Shown here in pieces: positions 1-10,121 of a DNA stretch of 64,000 nt (positions are counted from its first letter, which is position 1; each line of letters begins with the position of its first letter). The translations under genes were made by a program, and so were the position numbers. The stretch is from Alphaproteobacteria bacterium (GTDB taxonomy: Bacteria; Pseudomonadota; Alphaproteobacteria; GCA-2746255), in contig OZ252220.1 in NCBI GenBank assembly GCA_965249135.1, positions 1,312,001 to 1,376,000 of the forward strand, in the 5' to 3' direction. Under the pieces are notes generated by a model. That model worked only from the letters and a program-made list of their open reading frames with translations. It was not told where the DNA came from and searched no databases.

Positions 1-291
1 CTCATTCGTGAGAAGCGTGTAGCGCATACGCCCCTCGGCAAGGGTCAGAAGGTCCCCCGGCACCAGGCGTTCGAGGGCACGGGCCGGGTCGTCGCCACGA
101 ACGATCACCTGGCCGAGATGGGAAACGTCGAAGAGGGAGGCTTGGTTTCGCGTGTGCCGATGTTCGGCCAAGATTCCGGTTTCGTACTGGACGGGAAGCT
201 CGAAGCCGGCGAAGGCAACCATCTTGCCGCCCACTTTAAGATGAAGCGCATGAAGTGGCGTTCGAAGAAGATCCGCCGCCTTTGCCGTCAC
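1..291 (-). CDS. gcvT: Glycine cleavage system aminomethyltransferase T (5' part; runs off window start)
   Basis: Not in ORF track; my translation from GTG at 291: MTAKAADLLRTPLHALHLKVGGKMVAFAGFELPVQYETGILAEHRHTRNQASLFDVSHLGQ...RMRYTLLTNE; RTPLH, LPVQY and LFDVSH(M/L)GQ are GcvT signatures. Confidence 0.93.
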   Translation of the reverse strand, partial: MTAKAADLLRTPLHALHLKVGGKMVAFAGFELPVQYETGILAEHRHTRNQASLFDVSHLGQVIVRGDDPARALERLVPGDLLTLAEGRMRYTLLTNE

Positions 292-303
292 GATCGCGTC
301 TGC

Positions 304-885
304 CTATCTTCGGCCATACCACCGACGGTTATACTCAAGCTCGGCGTGACTCAGTTGAAAACCGACGAAGACGGAGTAGTCGCCGCCGTTTTTTCCGGGG
401 GCCAAGGGAATGCGTTGTTTCAACTTTTCCCTCCAGGCGGTGGCATTGGCGCCTGCCGGTATCTTCGGCGTCGTGCGAAGGTTTTCCTTCGAAATCACCA
501 CGCGACGGCGATCCGTCACGCCGACGAAATAGTTGATTTCCGGATCCTTCCCCTGGTAGGCCGGGCCACGGGCGGTGACGAATTCAAGTTCGAGATCGAC
601 GATGACGACGTCCCCGGCCCAGGAACAGTCGCCTTCGATTTCACGGATCTCGCCTTCGTAAAGGACGTCCGTGAGGTCGCCCATGGAACCTTCCTGAAAG
701 CGGGTAAGACGGGCGGCTTCGGTCAGGATGGAGATGTCCGGACAGGTGGGAATGACGGATTCCGAAACGCCGGTCATGGACTTCGAAACGTCGCTCATGG
801 TCTCCTTGATGCTGGAGCAGCCGGCGAGAAGCAGGACCAGAAGGGCGGCCAGGAACCCGCCTTGACGAAATCGAAGCACGGTCAC
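304..885 (-). CDS. Hypothetical lipoprotein
   Basis: 193 aa; basic N-terminus, hydrophobic stretch and lipobox LLLAGC; directly upstream of gcvT. Confidence 0.75.
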   Translation of the reverse strand: MTVLRFRQGGFLAALLVLLLAGCSSIKETMSDVSKSMTGVSESVIPTCPDISILTEAARLTRFQEGSMGDLTDVLYEGEIREIEGDCSWAGDVVIVDLELEFVTARGPAYQGKDPEINYFVGVTDRRRVVISKENLRTTPKIPAGANATAWREKLKQRIPLAPGKNGGDYSVFVGFQLSHAELEYNRRWYGRR

Positions 886-900
886 GAGGGCGTTCTCCGG

Positions 901-1152
901 CTAATGACCGCTGCACCAAGGCTGGCTGTGATCGCAAAAGGGAGGCTCGCCGGTTGCCTTGCAGCCGCAAAGTTCCGCCCCATCCTCGGCCCCCTCGGGC
1001 GTGAACATAAACGGGGTCATCTCTACTTGCGTATGCGAGCCATCGCAGAAGGGCTGCTTGCCGCTGCGGCCGCAGGTGCACCAGAAATAGGTCCGGCCAC
1101 CTTCAAGATCGACGAGGTAGGGGCCTTCTTTCGCCCGGACGGGTCCTGCCAT
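901..1152 (-). CDS. CDGSH iron-sulfur (NEET-type) protein, two tandem motifs
   Basis: CTCGRSGKQPFCDGSH plus a second variant motif CGCKATGEPPFCDHSQ. Confidence 0.88.
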   Translation of the reverse strand: MAGPVRAKEGPYLVDLEGGRTYFWCTCGRSGKQPFCDGSHTQVEMTPFMFTPEGAEDGAELCGCKATGEPPFCDHSQPWCSGH

Positions 1153-1324
1153 GACGTTTCTCCCCAGGTGAGACTTTTAAAGGCTCATTTTCGGCCTCGA
1201 CTCTAGAGGACTGGCCCTCGTTGCTCAAGGGGTGGAAGAGCGGTTAAGGTGAGCTTGACGCGGATCGATCCAAGAACCAATTCTTTCCGACGCCACTTTT
1301 TCCGACAAACACGTCTTCACTTTC

Positions 1325-2287
1325 ATGGCCGTCTACACCGAAGTATCCGACGAAGATCTTGAAGCGTTCGTCGCCGAATACGATTTAGGGCGCATCGTCG
1401 CCTTCAAAGGCATTGCCGAGGGCGTCGAAAACTCGAACTACCTTCTGCAAATGGATGCGGCGACGTATATCCTGACACTCTATGAAAAGCGCGTCGCACG
1501 CGAAGACCTTCCGTTCTTTCTTGCATTGATGGAACACTTGGCCGTGCACGGCGTTCCCTGCCCGCAACCCATTCACGGCAAGGATGGGAAGGCGCTTCGT
1601 AGTCTCTGCGGAAAACCCGCCGCGATCGTCAGCTTTCTGCAAGGCATGTGGCCACGGCGGATCCTACCGGATCACTGCCGGCTTTTGGGAGGCACGCTGG
1701 CAGCCATGCACCTGGCAGGCGAGCGTTTTTCCGAATCGCGCCCCAACGACCTTGGCCTTAAGGGCTGGGAAAAACTTTTCGGCGCCTGCGAAAAGAAGGC
1801 GGATGGCGTTCGCCAGGGGCTGGCTTTAGAAATCCGCGAGGAACTCGACTCCCTTTCGAAGGATTGGCCCAAGGGCTTGCCGAAGGGAATCATTCACGCC
1901 GATCTTTTTCCGGATAATGTTTTCTTCCTTGGCAACGAACTTTCCGGGTTTATCGACTTCTACTTCGCCTGCAACGATTTCTTCGCCTATGAACTCGCGA
2001 TTTGCCTGAACGCCTGGTGCTTCGAAGTAGACGGCGGCTTTAACATCACGAACGCCGGTCATCTGATCGCGTCCTACCGCGCCGTCAGGCCACTGAAGCC
2101 AGAAGAGGTCGATGCCCTTCCCGTGCTGGCCCGGGGTGCTGCCATGCGCTTTTTGCTGACCCGGCTCTACGACTGGCTCAACCAGGCGGACGGCGCGCTC
2201 GTCAGGCCAAAGGACCCGCTCGAATTCCTGCGCCGTCTGCGCTTCCACAAGGGCGTCGAAAGCCCGGTGGCTTACGGGATCGTTTAA
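1325..2287 (+). CDS. thrB: Homoserine kinase type II (APH-like)
   Basis: MAVYTEVS start, [45 protein letters not shown]. Confidence 0.95.
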   Translation: MAVYTEVSDEDLEAFVAEYDLGRIVAFKGIAEGVENSNYLLQMDAATYILTLYEKRVAREDLPFFLALMEHLAVHGVPCPQPIHGKDGKALRSLCGKPAAIVSFLQGMWPRRILPDHCRLLGGTLAAMHLAGERFSESRPNDLGLKGWEKLFGACEKKADGVRQGLALEIREELDSLSKDWPKGLPKGIIHADLFPDNVFFLGNELSGFIDFYFACNDFFAYELAICLNAWCFEVDGGFNITNAGHLIASYRAVRPLKPEEVDALPVLARGAAMRFLLTRLYDWLNQADGALVRPKDPLEFLRRLRFHKGVESPVAYGIV

Positions 2288-2295
2288 GGGAAGGA

Positions 2296-2745
2296 ATGAT
2301 GGAGGAGGTCGTCGACATCTTCACCGATGGGGCGTGCAGCGGCAATCCTGGCCCCGGCGGCTGGGGGGCGATCCTTCGATTCGGGGACAAGACGCGCGAA
2401 ATACACGGTCATGAGGATGCTACGACGAACAACCGGATGGAACTGATGGCGGCGATCCAGGCCATCGAGGCGCTGAACCGCCCGGTGAAGGCGCGGCTAT
2501 ATACGGACAGCACCTACTTAAAGGACGGCATCACCACCTGGCTTGCCAACTGGAAGGCGAAGGGCTGGAAGACGGCGAACCGGAAGCCGGTCAAGAACCA
2601 GGATCTCTGGCAACGCCTGGAGGCGGCGCTCGCCACCCACGAGGTCGAATGGCATTGGGTAAAGGCCCATGCGGGGCACCCCGAAAACGAGCGCGCCGAC
2701 GCGCTTGCCCGCCTCGCGTGCCTTAAGGGTGGAAACGGGGATTAA
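2296..2745 (+). CDS. rnhA: Ribonuclease HI
   Basis: [42 protein letters not shown]. Confidence 0.97.
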   Translation: MMEEVVDIFTDGACSGNPGPGGWGAILRFGDKTREIHGHEDATTNNRMELMAAIQAIEALNRPVKARLYTDSTYLKDGITTWLANWKAKGWKTANRKPVKNQDLWQRLEAALATHEVEWHWVKAHAGHPENERADALARLACLKGGNGD

Positions 2746-2752
2746 CCGCCGG

Positions 2753-3235
2753 CTAGAGCTTGCCGAGGAGGTTTTCGGCGGTGCTGATGTCGAGCCCGGT
2801 GCCTTCTTCGAGCAGAAGATTCTTTACGACGCCATCTTCGACGAGCATCGCGAAGCGCCGCGAACGAAGGCCCATGCCGAATTTGCTGACGTCCCATTCG
2901 AAGCCTGCCGCCTTCGCGAAGTCGGCGTTGCCGTCCGCCAGCATGGCGATCCCGTCGCCGGCGTTTTGCGCCTTGCCCCATGAATCCATCACGAAGGCGT
3001 CGTTCACGGAGATGCAGGCAATCGTATCAACGCCCTTTGCCTTGATCGCATCGGCGTTTTGCACGAAGCCGGGCAGATGCTGGGTCGAGCAGACCGGCGT
3101 GAAGGCCCCCGGCACGCCGACGACAACGACGCGCTTGCCTTTAAAGAACTCATCCGTCGATACCTGCTGAAGCCCGTCCGCCGTCATCTGCTGAAGCGTC
3201 ACCGACGGAACCTTGTCGCCTTCCTTGATCGCCAT
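2753..3235 (-). CDS. Peroxiredoxin (Prx5/Redoxin family)
   Basis: VPGAFTPVCSTQHLPGF, ISVNDAFVM, LADGN, RSRRFAMLV. Confidence 0.93.
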   Translation of the reverse strand: MAIKEGDKVPSVTLQQMTADGLQQVSTDEFFKGKRVVVVGVPGAFTPVCSTQHLPGFVQNADAIKAKGVDTIACISVNDAFVMDSWGKAQNAGDGIAMLADGNADFAKAAGFEWDVSKFGMGLRSRRFAMLVEDGVVKNLLLEEGTGLDISTAENLLGKL

Positions 3236-3363
3236 GTCCGTTTCCTCCCACTCTCGCGTGTGCGTCTCGCGCGAGATCGCGGTTTCAGATGCCTTTAAGT
3301 TAAAGGGAATGGGGCGGGGATTTCACCCCCAATTTCCATGCGGGTTTAAGAGGACGGCCGCCG

Positions 3364-5541
3364 CTATTCCGTGCCTTCCGCCTTCTTCATGGCTTCGAGC
3401 ACGGACGCTCGCGTCAGCAGCTCGGGCAAGGGGATGCCGGTGGGGGCGGCCGGGCCATAGACGACATCGAAGGGGATCCCGAAACGGCCGAATTGGGCGA
3501 GATAGTCGGCGATTTGCTCATTGGGGCGCGTCCAGTCGGCCCGCATGGCCACCACATTCGTACCCGAAAGGCGTTCCAAGACCCTCCCCCGGTCGAGGAC
3601 CAGCGTCTTGTTGGCCTGGCAGGTGATGCACCATTTTGCCGTGACGTCGACGAAGACGAGCTTGCCATCGGCGACCAGGGTCGGGATCAAGACGACATCG
3701 AAGGGACGCCAAAGCGCATCTTCGGGGGCGGGGCTTTGCGTCGGCGCTTCGGCCGATGGCACGGGCGCCGTCAACGTCAGCGCGAAGGGCAGCAGCAGGA
3801 AGGCCGCGACGAGCGCACCAAGCAACGCCCGGGCCTTGGGGAAGCGCGCCCGTAGACCGGTCGCAAGGAGAAGACCGGCCATCAGGATGCCGACCGCGAG
3901 ACTGGTGCGTTCTCCCATCTCGCCGGCGAAGACCGTGAGCAGCCAGAGCGCCGTTGCCAGAAGGGCTGCCCCCAGAACGCGGCGCAGGATCGCCATCCAG
4001 GGGCCCGGTTTGGGAAGGCGTGTCGCAAGGCCCGGGAAGCCGGCGACGAGCAGGTAGGGGAGCGCCAGGCCGAGGCCCAAGGCGGTAAAGATCCCATAGA
4101 TCTCGAGCGGTCCCCGGGAAAGCGCAAACCCGATCGAGGTCCCGAGGAAAGGCGCCGAACAAGGCGTGGCAAGGGCGGTCGCGAAAATGCCGGTCAGGAA
4201 ATGGCCGACCATCCCTTCGCCGCCTCGGCCGGCGAGCATGGTTGCAAGGCCGCTTGGCAGCCGGATCTCGAAAAAGCCCCACAGATTGGCCGCAAAGAGG
4301 GTCAGCACGACGACCATGAGAAGAAGGAAGAGGGGTGCTTGAAACTGGAAGCCCCAACCGACGGCATGGCCTGCCCCGCGCAGCAGTGCGATCGTGGTGG
4401 CGAGCACAAGAAAGGCAAAAAGGATGCCTGCCGCCGAAGCCAGGAAGTTTTTCCGCACCACCGCGCTTGGCGCGCCGCCATGGCTTGCGATGGTGAGCAG
4501 TTTCAAGGAAAGCACCGGCAGCACACAGGGCATCAGGTTGAGGATGAGGCCGCCAAGGACGGCGAACAGGAGGATGGCGGCAAGGGTTTCGGGCCCAAGC
4601 GCGGAGGCGGAAGCGGGTGTTATGGGAAGGGTGCGCTCAATGGCACGCAAATTCGCTCCCTTCACCCCATCGACGAGGGTGAAGCGCAAATTCTGACCCA
4701 GGAGTGCTGCCTCCTTCGGCGGAACACCGCCGGGCCCTTCGACGGCTAGGTGAAAGATGGCGCGCCGCTTGGCTGCCCAGAAACGAATGTCGGGGGCACC
4801 GAAGAAAGTCCCTTCCGCGCCTTCGACGTAGAGGTCCGGCGAACGGAAGGGGGCTTCCGCCCGGCCGATGACGGAAAGAAGGCCGGAGGCTTCCGCATAT
4901 TCCGCGCGCGCGATGGCAAGGCCTCCACGCGCGCCCTCGCCGGGCACGCGGGCAAGGGCGCGCGCGATCGCCGCGCGCGCGCGCGAGGCGGCACCCGCCG
5001 CCAAGCCTGCTTCGGCAAGGTCGAGGGCGAGTTTCGCCTCGCCCGGAATGCAGATTTCGTCGCAGACGAGGTAGGTGACCTTGGCACGCAGTTCCGTGCG
5101 CTGTTTTACGTCCTCAAGGCGTGCCCGAATGGGGAACACGACCCGATCGTGGTAGCCAAGCATCTCCAGCCCCAGCACGCGGAACCGTTGCGGAGCCGGC
5201 CAGAGGAGCGAAGGGGATTGCAGGTTTTGCGAGCCGGACCAGTCCAGCTCCGGTGGATAACCGGCATCCCCCGGCGAACGCCAGTAGACCTTCCAGCCGG
5301 GCAACAATTCGAATTCGAGCCCAAGGAGAAGGTGGCTTGCATCGTCTTTCTCGGGACCGCCTGCGAGCAGCCTGAGACGCGCCGGACGCGCGTGCGCATC
5401 GAGCGGCGCCTCGCTCGTCCAGGACGACGTCGTAGCCATACTCACATTCGGCTTTGCTGCTAAAAGCCAGACGCCGCAAGCGAGCAGACCCACAAAAAGG
5501 AACCGCCGCCGAGCTTCGATCCAGGTGAACATTGGAACCAT
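3364..5541 (-). CDS. DsbD-family thiol:disulfide interchange protein (N-terminal DsbC-like domain, TM domain, C-terminal thioredoxin)
   Basis: GWKVYWRSPGDAG, LVCDEICIP, GGLILNLMPCVLPVL, ATPCSAPFLG, DVTAKWCITCQAN; start placed at ATG 5541 (ORF track extends to 5580); exact start uncertain. Confidence 0.9.
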   Translation of the reverse strand: MVPMFTWIEARRRFLFVGLLACGVWLLAAKPNVSMATTSSWTSEAPLDAHARPARLRLLAGGPEKDDASHLLLGLEFELLPGWKVYWRSPGDAGYPPELDWSGSQNLQSPSLLWPAPQRFRVLGLEMLGYHDRVVFPIRARLEDVKQRTELRAKVTYLVCDEICIPGEAKLALDLAEAGLAAGAASRARAAIARALARVPGEGARGGLAIARAEYAEASGLLSVIGRAEAPFRSPDLYVEGAEGTFFGAPDIRFWAAKRRAIFHLAVEGPGGVPPKEAALLGQNLRFTLVDGVKGANLRAIERTLPITPASASALGPETLAAILLFAVLGGLILNLMPCVLPVLSLKLLTIASHGGAPSAVVRKNFLASAAGILFAFLVLATTIALLRGAGHAVGWGFQFQAPLFLLLMVVVLTLFAANLWGFFEIRLPSGLATMLAGRGGEGMVGHFLTGIFATALATPCSAPFLGTSIGFALSRGPLEIYGIFTALGLGLALPYLLVAGFPGLATRLPKPGPWMAILRRVLGAALLATALWLLTVFAGEMGERTSLAVGILMAGLLLATGLRARFPKARALLGALVAAFLLLPFALTLTAPVPSAEAPTQSPAPEDALWRPFDVVLIPTLVADGKLVFVDVTAKWCITCQANKTLVLDRGRVLERLSGTNVVAMRADWTRPNEQIADYLAQFGRFGIPFDVVYGPAAPTGIPLPELLTRASVLEAMKKAEGTE

Positions 5542-5655
5542 TTTAACGCAATATAGGGCTTGAAAATCTTCCGATCGCAAGGATTCCTGCGGTTCACGAA
5601 AGTTTTATGCCCCCGGTAAGCTTGCGTTTACCCAATGGCGCCCAAACTATAGTCT

Positions 5656-6234
5656 ATGGAAGTGATGGAATCGACATCCCAGGGTTACCTGGTGGGTCAA
5701 CTCCTAATCGCGACCCCCCAGATTCAAGACCCGCGTTTCTCGCGGACCGTCGTTTACTTATGTGCGCATGGTCCGGAAGGCGCGATGGGGCTGGTCGTCA
5801 ACCGGCGGATCGGCATCGCGCCCCTGCCGGACCTGCTTGAACAACTTGGGATCGACGCGCTCACCGAGGGTAAGGACATCAGCCTATTCTTCGGCGGTCC
5901 CGTCGAATCCGAGCGCGGCTTCGTCCTTCATTCGGCGGAGTATCAACAGGACAGCACGCTGCGAATCGATTCGAACGTCGCATTGACGGCATCCGCCGAA
6001 ATTCTTAGAGACATCGCGGAAGGCCGCGGACCACGGAAAAGCATGGTCGCACTTGGTTACGCCGGATGGGCCCCCGGCCAGTTGGAAACCGAGATCAGGG
6101 GCAATGGCTGGCTGCACGCCTCGGCGGACGAGCTGTTGATCTTCGATGAAGATCTCGAGACGAAGTGGGAAATGGCGCTGGCGAAGATCGGCGTCGATTG
6201 GGGCATGCTTTCCGGTGAAGTTGGCAACGCCTAA
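5656..6234 (+). CDS. YqgE/AlgH family protein
   Basis: GQLLIATP, FSRTVVYLCAH, GAMGLVVN, GGPVE..RGFVLHS, GYAGWAPGQLE. Confidence 0.93.
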   Translation: MEVMESTSQGYLVGQLLIATPQIQDPRFSRTVVYLCAHGPEGAMGLVVNRRIGIAPLPDLLEQLGIDALTEGKDISLFFGGPVESERGFVLHSAEYQQDSTLRIDSNVALTASAEILRDIAEGRGPRKSMVALGYAGWAPGQLETEIRGNGWLHASADELLIFDEDLETKWEMALAKIGVDWGMLSGEVGNA

Positions 6235-6271
6235 ACCACGCTTTTTCTTCCAACCCCACTAGACGACGCGA

Positions 6272-7528
6272 TCAGGAAAAGCGCGCCTCGAGCCGCTCGA
6301 AGTCCTCGAGCGCGCCGGTCGGGCCGAGCGCGGCAAGGGTCGGCCGGCTTTCGCAAAGCCGGTTCACGACGCGGGAAATGGCCGCGCCTTCGACCGCATC
6401 GATGTGGGCGACGATCTCTTCCGGCGGCAAGGGCCGGCCGAAAACGAGCAGCTGGTTTGCCAGTTGCTCGCAACGCGCGCCTGAGCTTTCCCGCGCCATC
6501 AAAATCCCCGCCTTCAGTTGTGCCTTCGCCCGATCGATCTCTTCTTCTTTCGTTTGCGTAGCCGTCGCCTGGATGGTCTCGACGACGACGGGGAGGAGCT
6601 CGCTTACTTCCTTCGCGCCCGTGCCCGCGTAGATTCCGAACAGCCCGCCGTCGGAATAGAAGGAGGTAAAGCTGTGGATCGAATAGACGAGGCCCCGCTT
6701 CTCGCGAATCTCCTGAAAGAGCCGCGATGACATGCCGCCACCCAAGAGCGTCGTATAGACGGAAAGTGCATAGAAATCAGGGTCGAGATAGCCAAGCCCC
6801 TGAAAGCCAAGGATGAGGTGCAATTGCTCGAGTTCGCGCGCCTCCCGGCTATCGCCGCCGGCATAGCGGGCCGGCTCTAGCGTGGCATCTACCTCCGGCG
6901 CGAGTGCATCGAAGGCCTGGCCTGCCAGCTCGAGGAACTTTTCGTGTTCGACGTCGCCGGCCGCCGCCAGCACCATGCGCGAAGCCCCGTAATTTGCGTT
7001 CAAATAGCCAAGGATCGCCTCGCGCGAAAGATCACGAAGCGTTTCATAAGTCCCCAGCACCGGCCAGCCCATCGGCTGATCCGGGTAGCACGCCGCCTGA
7101 TAGCGGTCGAAGATCGCGTCGTCCGGCGTGTCTTCCGCCTGGCCGATTTCCTGGGAAACGACGGCGCGTTCGCGGGAGAGTTCGACCGCGTCGAAGGTGG
7201 AATGCTGGAGGATGTCCGCCAACAGATCGACGGCAAGGCGTATGTCGGAGCCAAGCACACGCGCATGGTAGGCGGTGTGCTCGCGCGAGGTATAGGCGTT
7301 CAGGCTGCCGCCGACGGCTTCGATCTCCTCGACGATAGCTTTAGCGGACCGCGTCTTCGTTCCCTTGAACGCCATGTGTTCAAGGAGATGGGAAGCCCCG
7401 TTTAGCTTGGCCGTTTCAAAGCGGGTGCCGACGCCCACCCACATGCCGATGGTGGCGCTTTCGACACCTTCCATGCGGTCCGTCGCCACGCGAAGGCCAT
7501 TGGGAAGCGTGGTGACCTCGGCCGTCAT
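6272..7528 (-). CDS. M16 family zinc peptidase (MPP-like)
   Basis: Inverted zincin HLLEHMAFKGT, LNAYTSRE, GGGMSSRLFQEIREKRGLVYSI. Confidence 0.93.
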   Translation of the reverse strand: MTAEVTTLPNGLRVATDRMEGVESATIGMWVGVGTRFETAKLNGASHLLEHMAFKGTKTRSAKAIVEEIEAVGGSLNAYTSREHTAYHARVLGSDIRLAVDLLADILQHSTFDAVELSRERAVVSQEIGQAEDTPDDAIFDRYQAACYPDQPMGWPVLGTYETLRDLSREAILGYLNANYGASRMVLAAAGDVEHEKFLELAGQAFDALAPEVDATLEPARYAGGDSREARELEQLHLILGFQGLGYLDPDFYALSVYTTLLGGGMSSRLFQEIREKRGLVYSIHSFTSFYSDGGLFGIYAGTGAKEVSELLPVVVETIQATATQTKEEEIDRAKAQLKAGILMARESSGARCEQLANQLLVFGRPLPPEEIVAHIDAVEGAAISRVVNRLCESRPTLAALGPTGALEDFERLEARFS

Positions 7529-8931
7529 GGGGCCCCCTTCGGGCTCGCGTTCGCCCGCACATACGCCTCGACTTCCTCGAGGTCGTTGGGAAGCGCCGTC
7601 ATGCGTTCTTCGCGTTCGAAAAGGTCGGCGAGCCGCGCAGGCAACGCCGGACGGTGCCCGGTCGCCTGTTCGACCGCATCGGGAAACTTCGCCGGGTGCG
7701 CGCTTGCCAGAGCCACCATCGGAATTTCGGCCTCACCCATCTCGGCGCGCGCCGAGGCAATTGCGATCGCCGTATGCGGATCGATCAGCATCCCGCTTTC
7801 CTCATGGACCTCTGCTATCGTGCGAAGCGTCGCTCGGTCGTCGAACCGGTGGGCGGAGAAAGTCTCAACCGCTTGATAGAAAAGGCTTTTTTCTACATCT
7901 AGCCGACCGAAGCTGCGAAAGTTCTCCATCGAGGCACGGAGTTTTTCTGGGTCGCGCCCGTACAGATCGAAAAGGAAGCGCTCGAAATTGCTCGAGATCT
8001 GAATGTCCATCGCCGGACTTAAGCTCGGCTCGACGGTGCGGACCGTCATCGCGCCTTGGGTGAAGAAACGGAAAAGAATGTCGTTCCGGTTCGTGCCGAT
8101 CACCAGCCGATGGATGGGCAGCCCCATCCGTTTCGCCACGTAGCCGGCATAAACGTTTCCGAAGTTTCCCGTCGGAACGGCGAAGGCGACGTGTTTTTGG
8201 GTTTGCCTAAGTTTGAGCGCGGCGGAAAAGTAATAGACCGTCTGGGCAAGGATCCGCGCCCAGTTGATCGAGTTCACCGAGGAGAGCGCCTGCGCATCCC
8301 GAAAGGCGGTGTCGTTGAACATTCCCTTCACGAGATCCTGGCAATCGTCGAAGGTGCCATCGATCGCAAGGTTATGGACGTTCGCGGCTTTGACCGTCGT
8401 CATCTGCCGGCGCTGGACCTCGGATATCCGTCCCTTTGGGTGCAGGATGAAGATGTCGATGGTGACGCGATCGCGGCAGGCCTCGATGGCCGCCGAGCCC
8501 GTATCGCCGGAAGTGGCGCCTACCACCGTAATGCGTTGCCTGCGGGCTTGCAGTACATGATCGAAGAGCCGGCCTACGAGTTGAAGGGCGTAGTCCTTAA
8601 ACGCAAGGGTCGGCCCGTGAAAGAGTTCCATCAGCCAGAAGTTTTGATCGAGCTTGCGGAGCGGGGCTACTTCCGGGTCGTCGAAGCCAGCATAGGCTTC
8701 GTTCACCATGCGGGTGAAATCCTCAAGCCCGATCCCGCCATTCAGGAAGGGCGTCATGACGCGGACGGCAAGCTCGGGATAGGAAAGGCCGTTTAAGCCT
8801 TCCAGCGCCGCGGAATCGAACTGAGGGAACGTCGCGGGCACGTAGAGCCCGCCGTCCCGGGCAAGCCCGGCCAGCAGGACCTCGTCGAAGGGAAGCTCGG
8901 GCGCTTCACCCCGGGTGCTGACATAACGCAA
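7525..8931 (-). CDS. thrC: Threonine synthase
   Basis: MRYVSTRG, ELFHGPTLAFKD (PLP Lys), GATSGDTGSAA, VPTGNFGN, SAHPAKF. Confidence 0.96.
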   Translation of the reverse strand: MRYVSTRGEAPELPFDEVLLAGLARDGGLYVPATFPQFDSAALEGLNGLSYPELAVRVMTPFLNGGIGLEDFTRMVNEAYAGFDDPEVAPLRKLDQNFWLMELFHGPTLAFKDYALQLVGRLFDHVLQARRQRITVVGATSGDTGSAAIEACRDRVTIDIFILHPKGRISEVQRRQMTTVKAANVHNLAIDGTFDDCQDLVKGMFNDTAFRDAQALSSVNSINWARILAQTVYYFSAALKLRQTQKHVAFAVPTGNFGNVYAGYVAKRMGLPIHRLVIGTNRNDILFRFFTQGAMTVRTVEPSLSPAMDIQISSNFERFLFDLYGRDPEKLRASMENFRSFGRLDVEKSLFYQAVETFSAHRFDDRATLRTIAEVHEESGMLIDPHTAIAIASARAEMGEAEIPMVALASAHPAKFPDAVEQATGHRPALPARLADLFEREERMTALPNDLEEVEAYVRANASPKGAP

Positions 8932-9016
8932 CTAACGTCTCCGAAATTTTCGCGCTTCGAGAACCTAGCCCCCGCCCGTCGCCCCGGCAAGCGGCCGGCG
9001 CGAATGCGTGCCACGA

Positions 9017-9721
9017 TCAGGGACGGGGGCGCCGATGGTAGAGAAAATAGATAACGAGAAGGATGACGGCCAGCGAATACCAAGTGATCGCGTAGTGCAG
9101 GTGAGCGTTGGGAAGCTCGATCCGGGACAGCAAGGCCCGCGGATAGACGCCTGCATCGCCGCCGGGGCTCGCCTCGAGAAGGATGGGCAGCGCCGGATCG
9201 ACGCCGGCCCAGCCGGCCATCGCCGGCAGGTCCACGTGGAACCAGAGATTGTTCCTCGGCTCGTTCGGTGGGGTAAACCAGCCTTTCGGCTTGTCCGTGC
9301 GGAGGGTGCCTTCGACCGTGACGATGCCGGAAGGAAGCCCAGGCAACCGTGTCGAGGGGTCCTTCCGGTCCATCGGCACCCAACCGCGGTTCACGAGAAG
9401 TGCCGCGCCATCCTCACGCTTGAGCGGCGTCATGATCTCGTAGCCGACGCTTCCCTTGCGCGTGCGGTTGCTTAAATACATTTCTTTCTCGTGAAGGAAG
9501 CTGCCCCGGACGCGGACCCGCCGGAATTCCCAGGCCTTCGGCGTCTCGATCGCGGAAGGAAGCGCCACCGGCGGCTCGGCCAAGTTGGCATCCATCTCCG
9601 CAATCAACGCCTGCTTCCAGGCGAGCCGGTCCATCTGCCAGTTGCCAAGAAGGATCAATACGCAAACCGCCGGCACGCTGAGTACGGTCGGCCACAGGGT
9701 CGGTCGAAAGGAGAAAGCCAT
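9017..9721 (-). CDS. SURF1/Shy1 cytochrome oxidase assembly protein
   Basis: LGNWQMDRLAWK, LVNRGWVP, NAHLHYAITWYSL; inside cox cluster. Confidence 0.93.
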   Translation of the reverse strand: MAFSFRPTLWPTVLSVPAVCVLILLGNWQMDRLAWKQALIAEMDANLAEPPVALPSAIETPKAWEFRRVRVRGSFLHEKEMYLSNRTRKGSVGYEIMTPLKREDGAALLVNRGWVPMDRKDPSTRLPGLPSGIVTVEGTLRTDKPKGWFTPPNEPRNNLWFHVDLPAMAGWAGVDPALPILLEASPGGDAGVYPRALLSRIELPNAHLHYAITWYSLAVILLVIYFLYHRRPRP

Positions 9722-9724
9722 CTT

Positions 9725-10099
9725 TTACGACGGGTCGTCCCGATGCTCGGGCCGGTACTTATAGTTGGCGGCGATGATCCAGCCCTTGAGCGGCGGCAGC
9801 ATCAGATAGACCCCGCCTAAGATGAGCGGGACCCAAAGCAGCCCATGGACCCAGTACGGGGGCATGTAGGCGACCTCGACGACGAGCGCCAGGCCGACGA
9901 CGAGAAAGCCCAGGAGCAGGATGATGAAAACGGCCGGCCCATCCGCGTTCTCAAAGCCGGAAAGATCAAGGCCGCAGACCGAACAACGGTCTGCGACCTT
10001 GAGATAACCCTTAAACAGCCTGCCTTTCCCACAGCGCGGGCAACGGCCGGCAAAGCCTGCGCGAATCGGAGAAACGTTCGGGGCGGAACCTTCCGTCAT
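9725..10099 (-). CDS. DUF983 family membrane protein
   Basis: GRCPRCGKGRLFKGYLKVADRCSVCG, DGPAVFII, two TM segments. Confidence 0.88.
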   Translation of the reverse strand: MTEGSAPNVSPIRAGFAGRCPRCGKGRLFKGYLKVADRCSVCGLDLSGFENADGPAVFIILLLGFLVVGLALVVEVAYMPPYWVHGLLWVPLILGGVYLMLPPLKGWIIAANYKYRPEHRDDPS

Positions 10100-10121
10100 T
10101 CGCGCGTAAATGCAACCTCCC

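Noticed and set aside
292-303. Glycine riboswitch upstream of gcvT
   Set aside because: Only 12 bp separate gcvT from the upstream lipoprotein gene; no room or aptamer motif
118-1206. 362-aa plus-strand ORF
   Set aside because: Antisense to gcvT, the lipoprotein and the CDGSH gene; no recognisable domain
5552-5582. RpoH-like CTTG...CCTATAT promoter (minus strand) upstream of the DsbD-like gene
   Set aside because: Spacer is 2-3 nt longer than consensus; used only as a hint that the true start is at or after 5541
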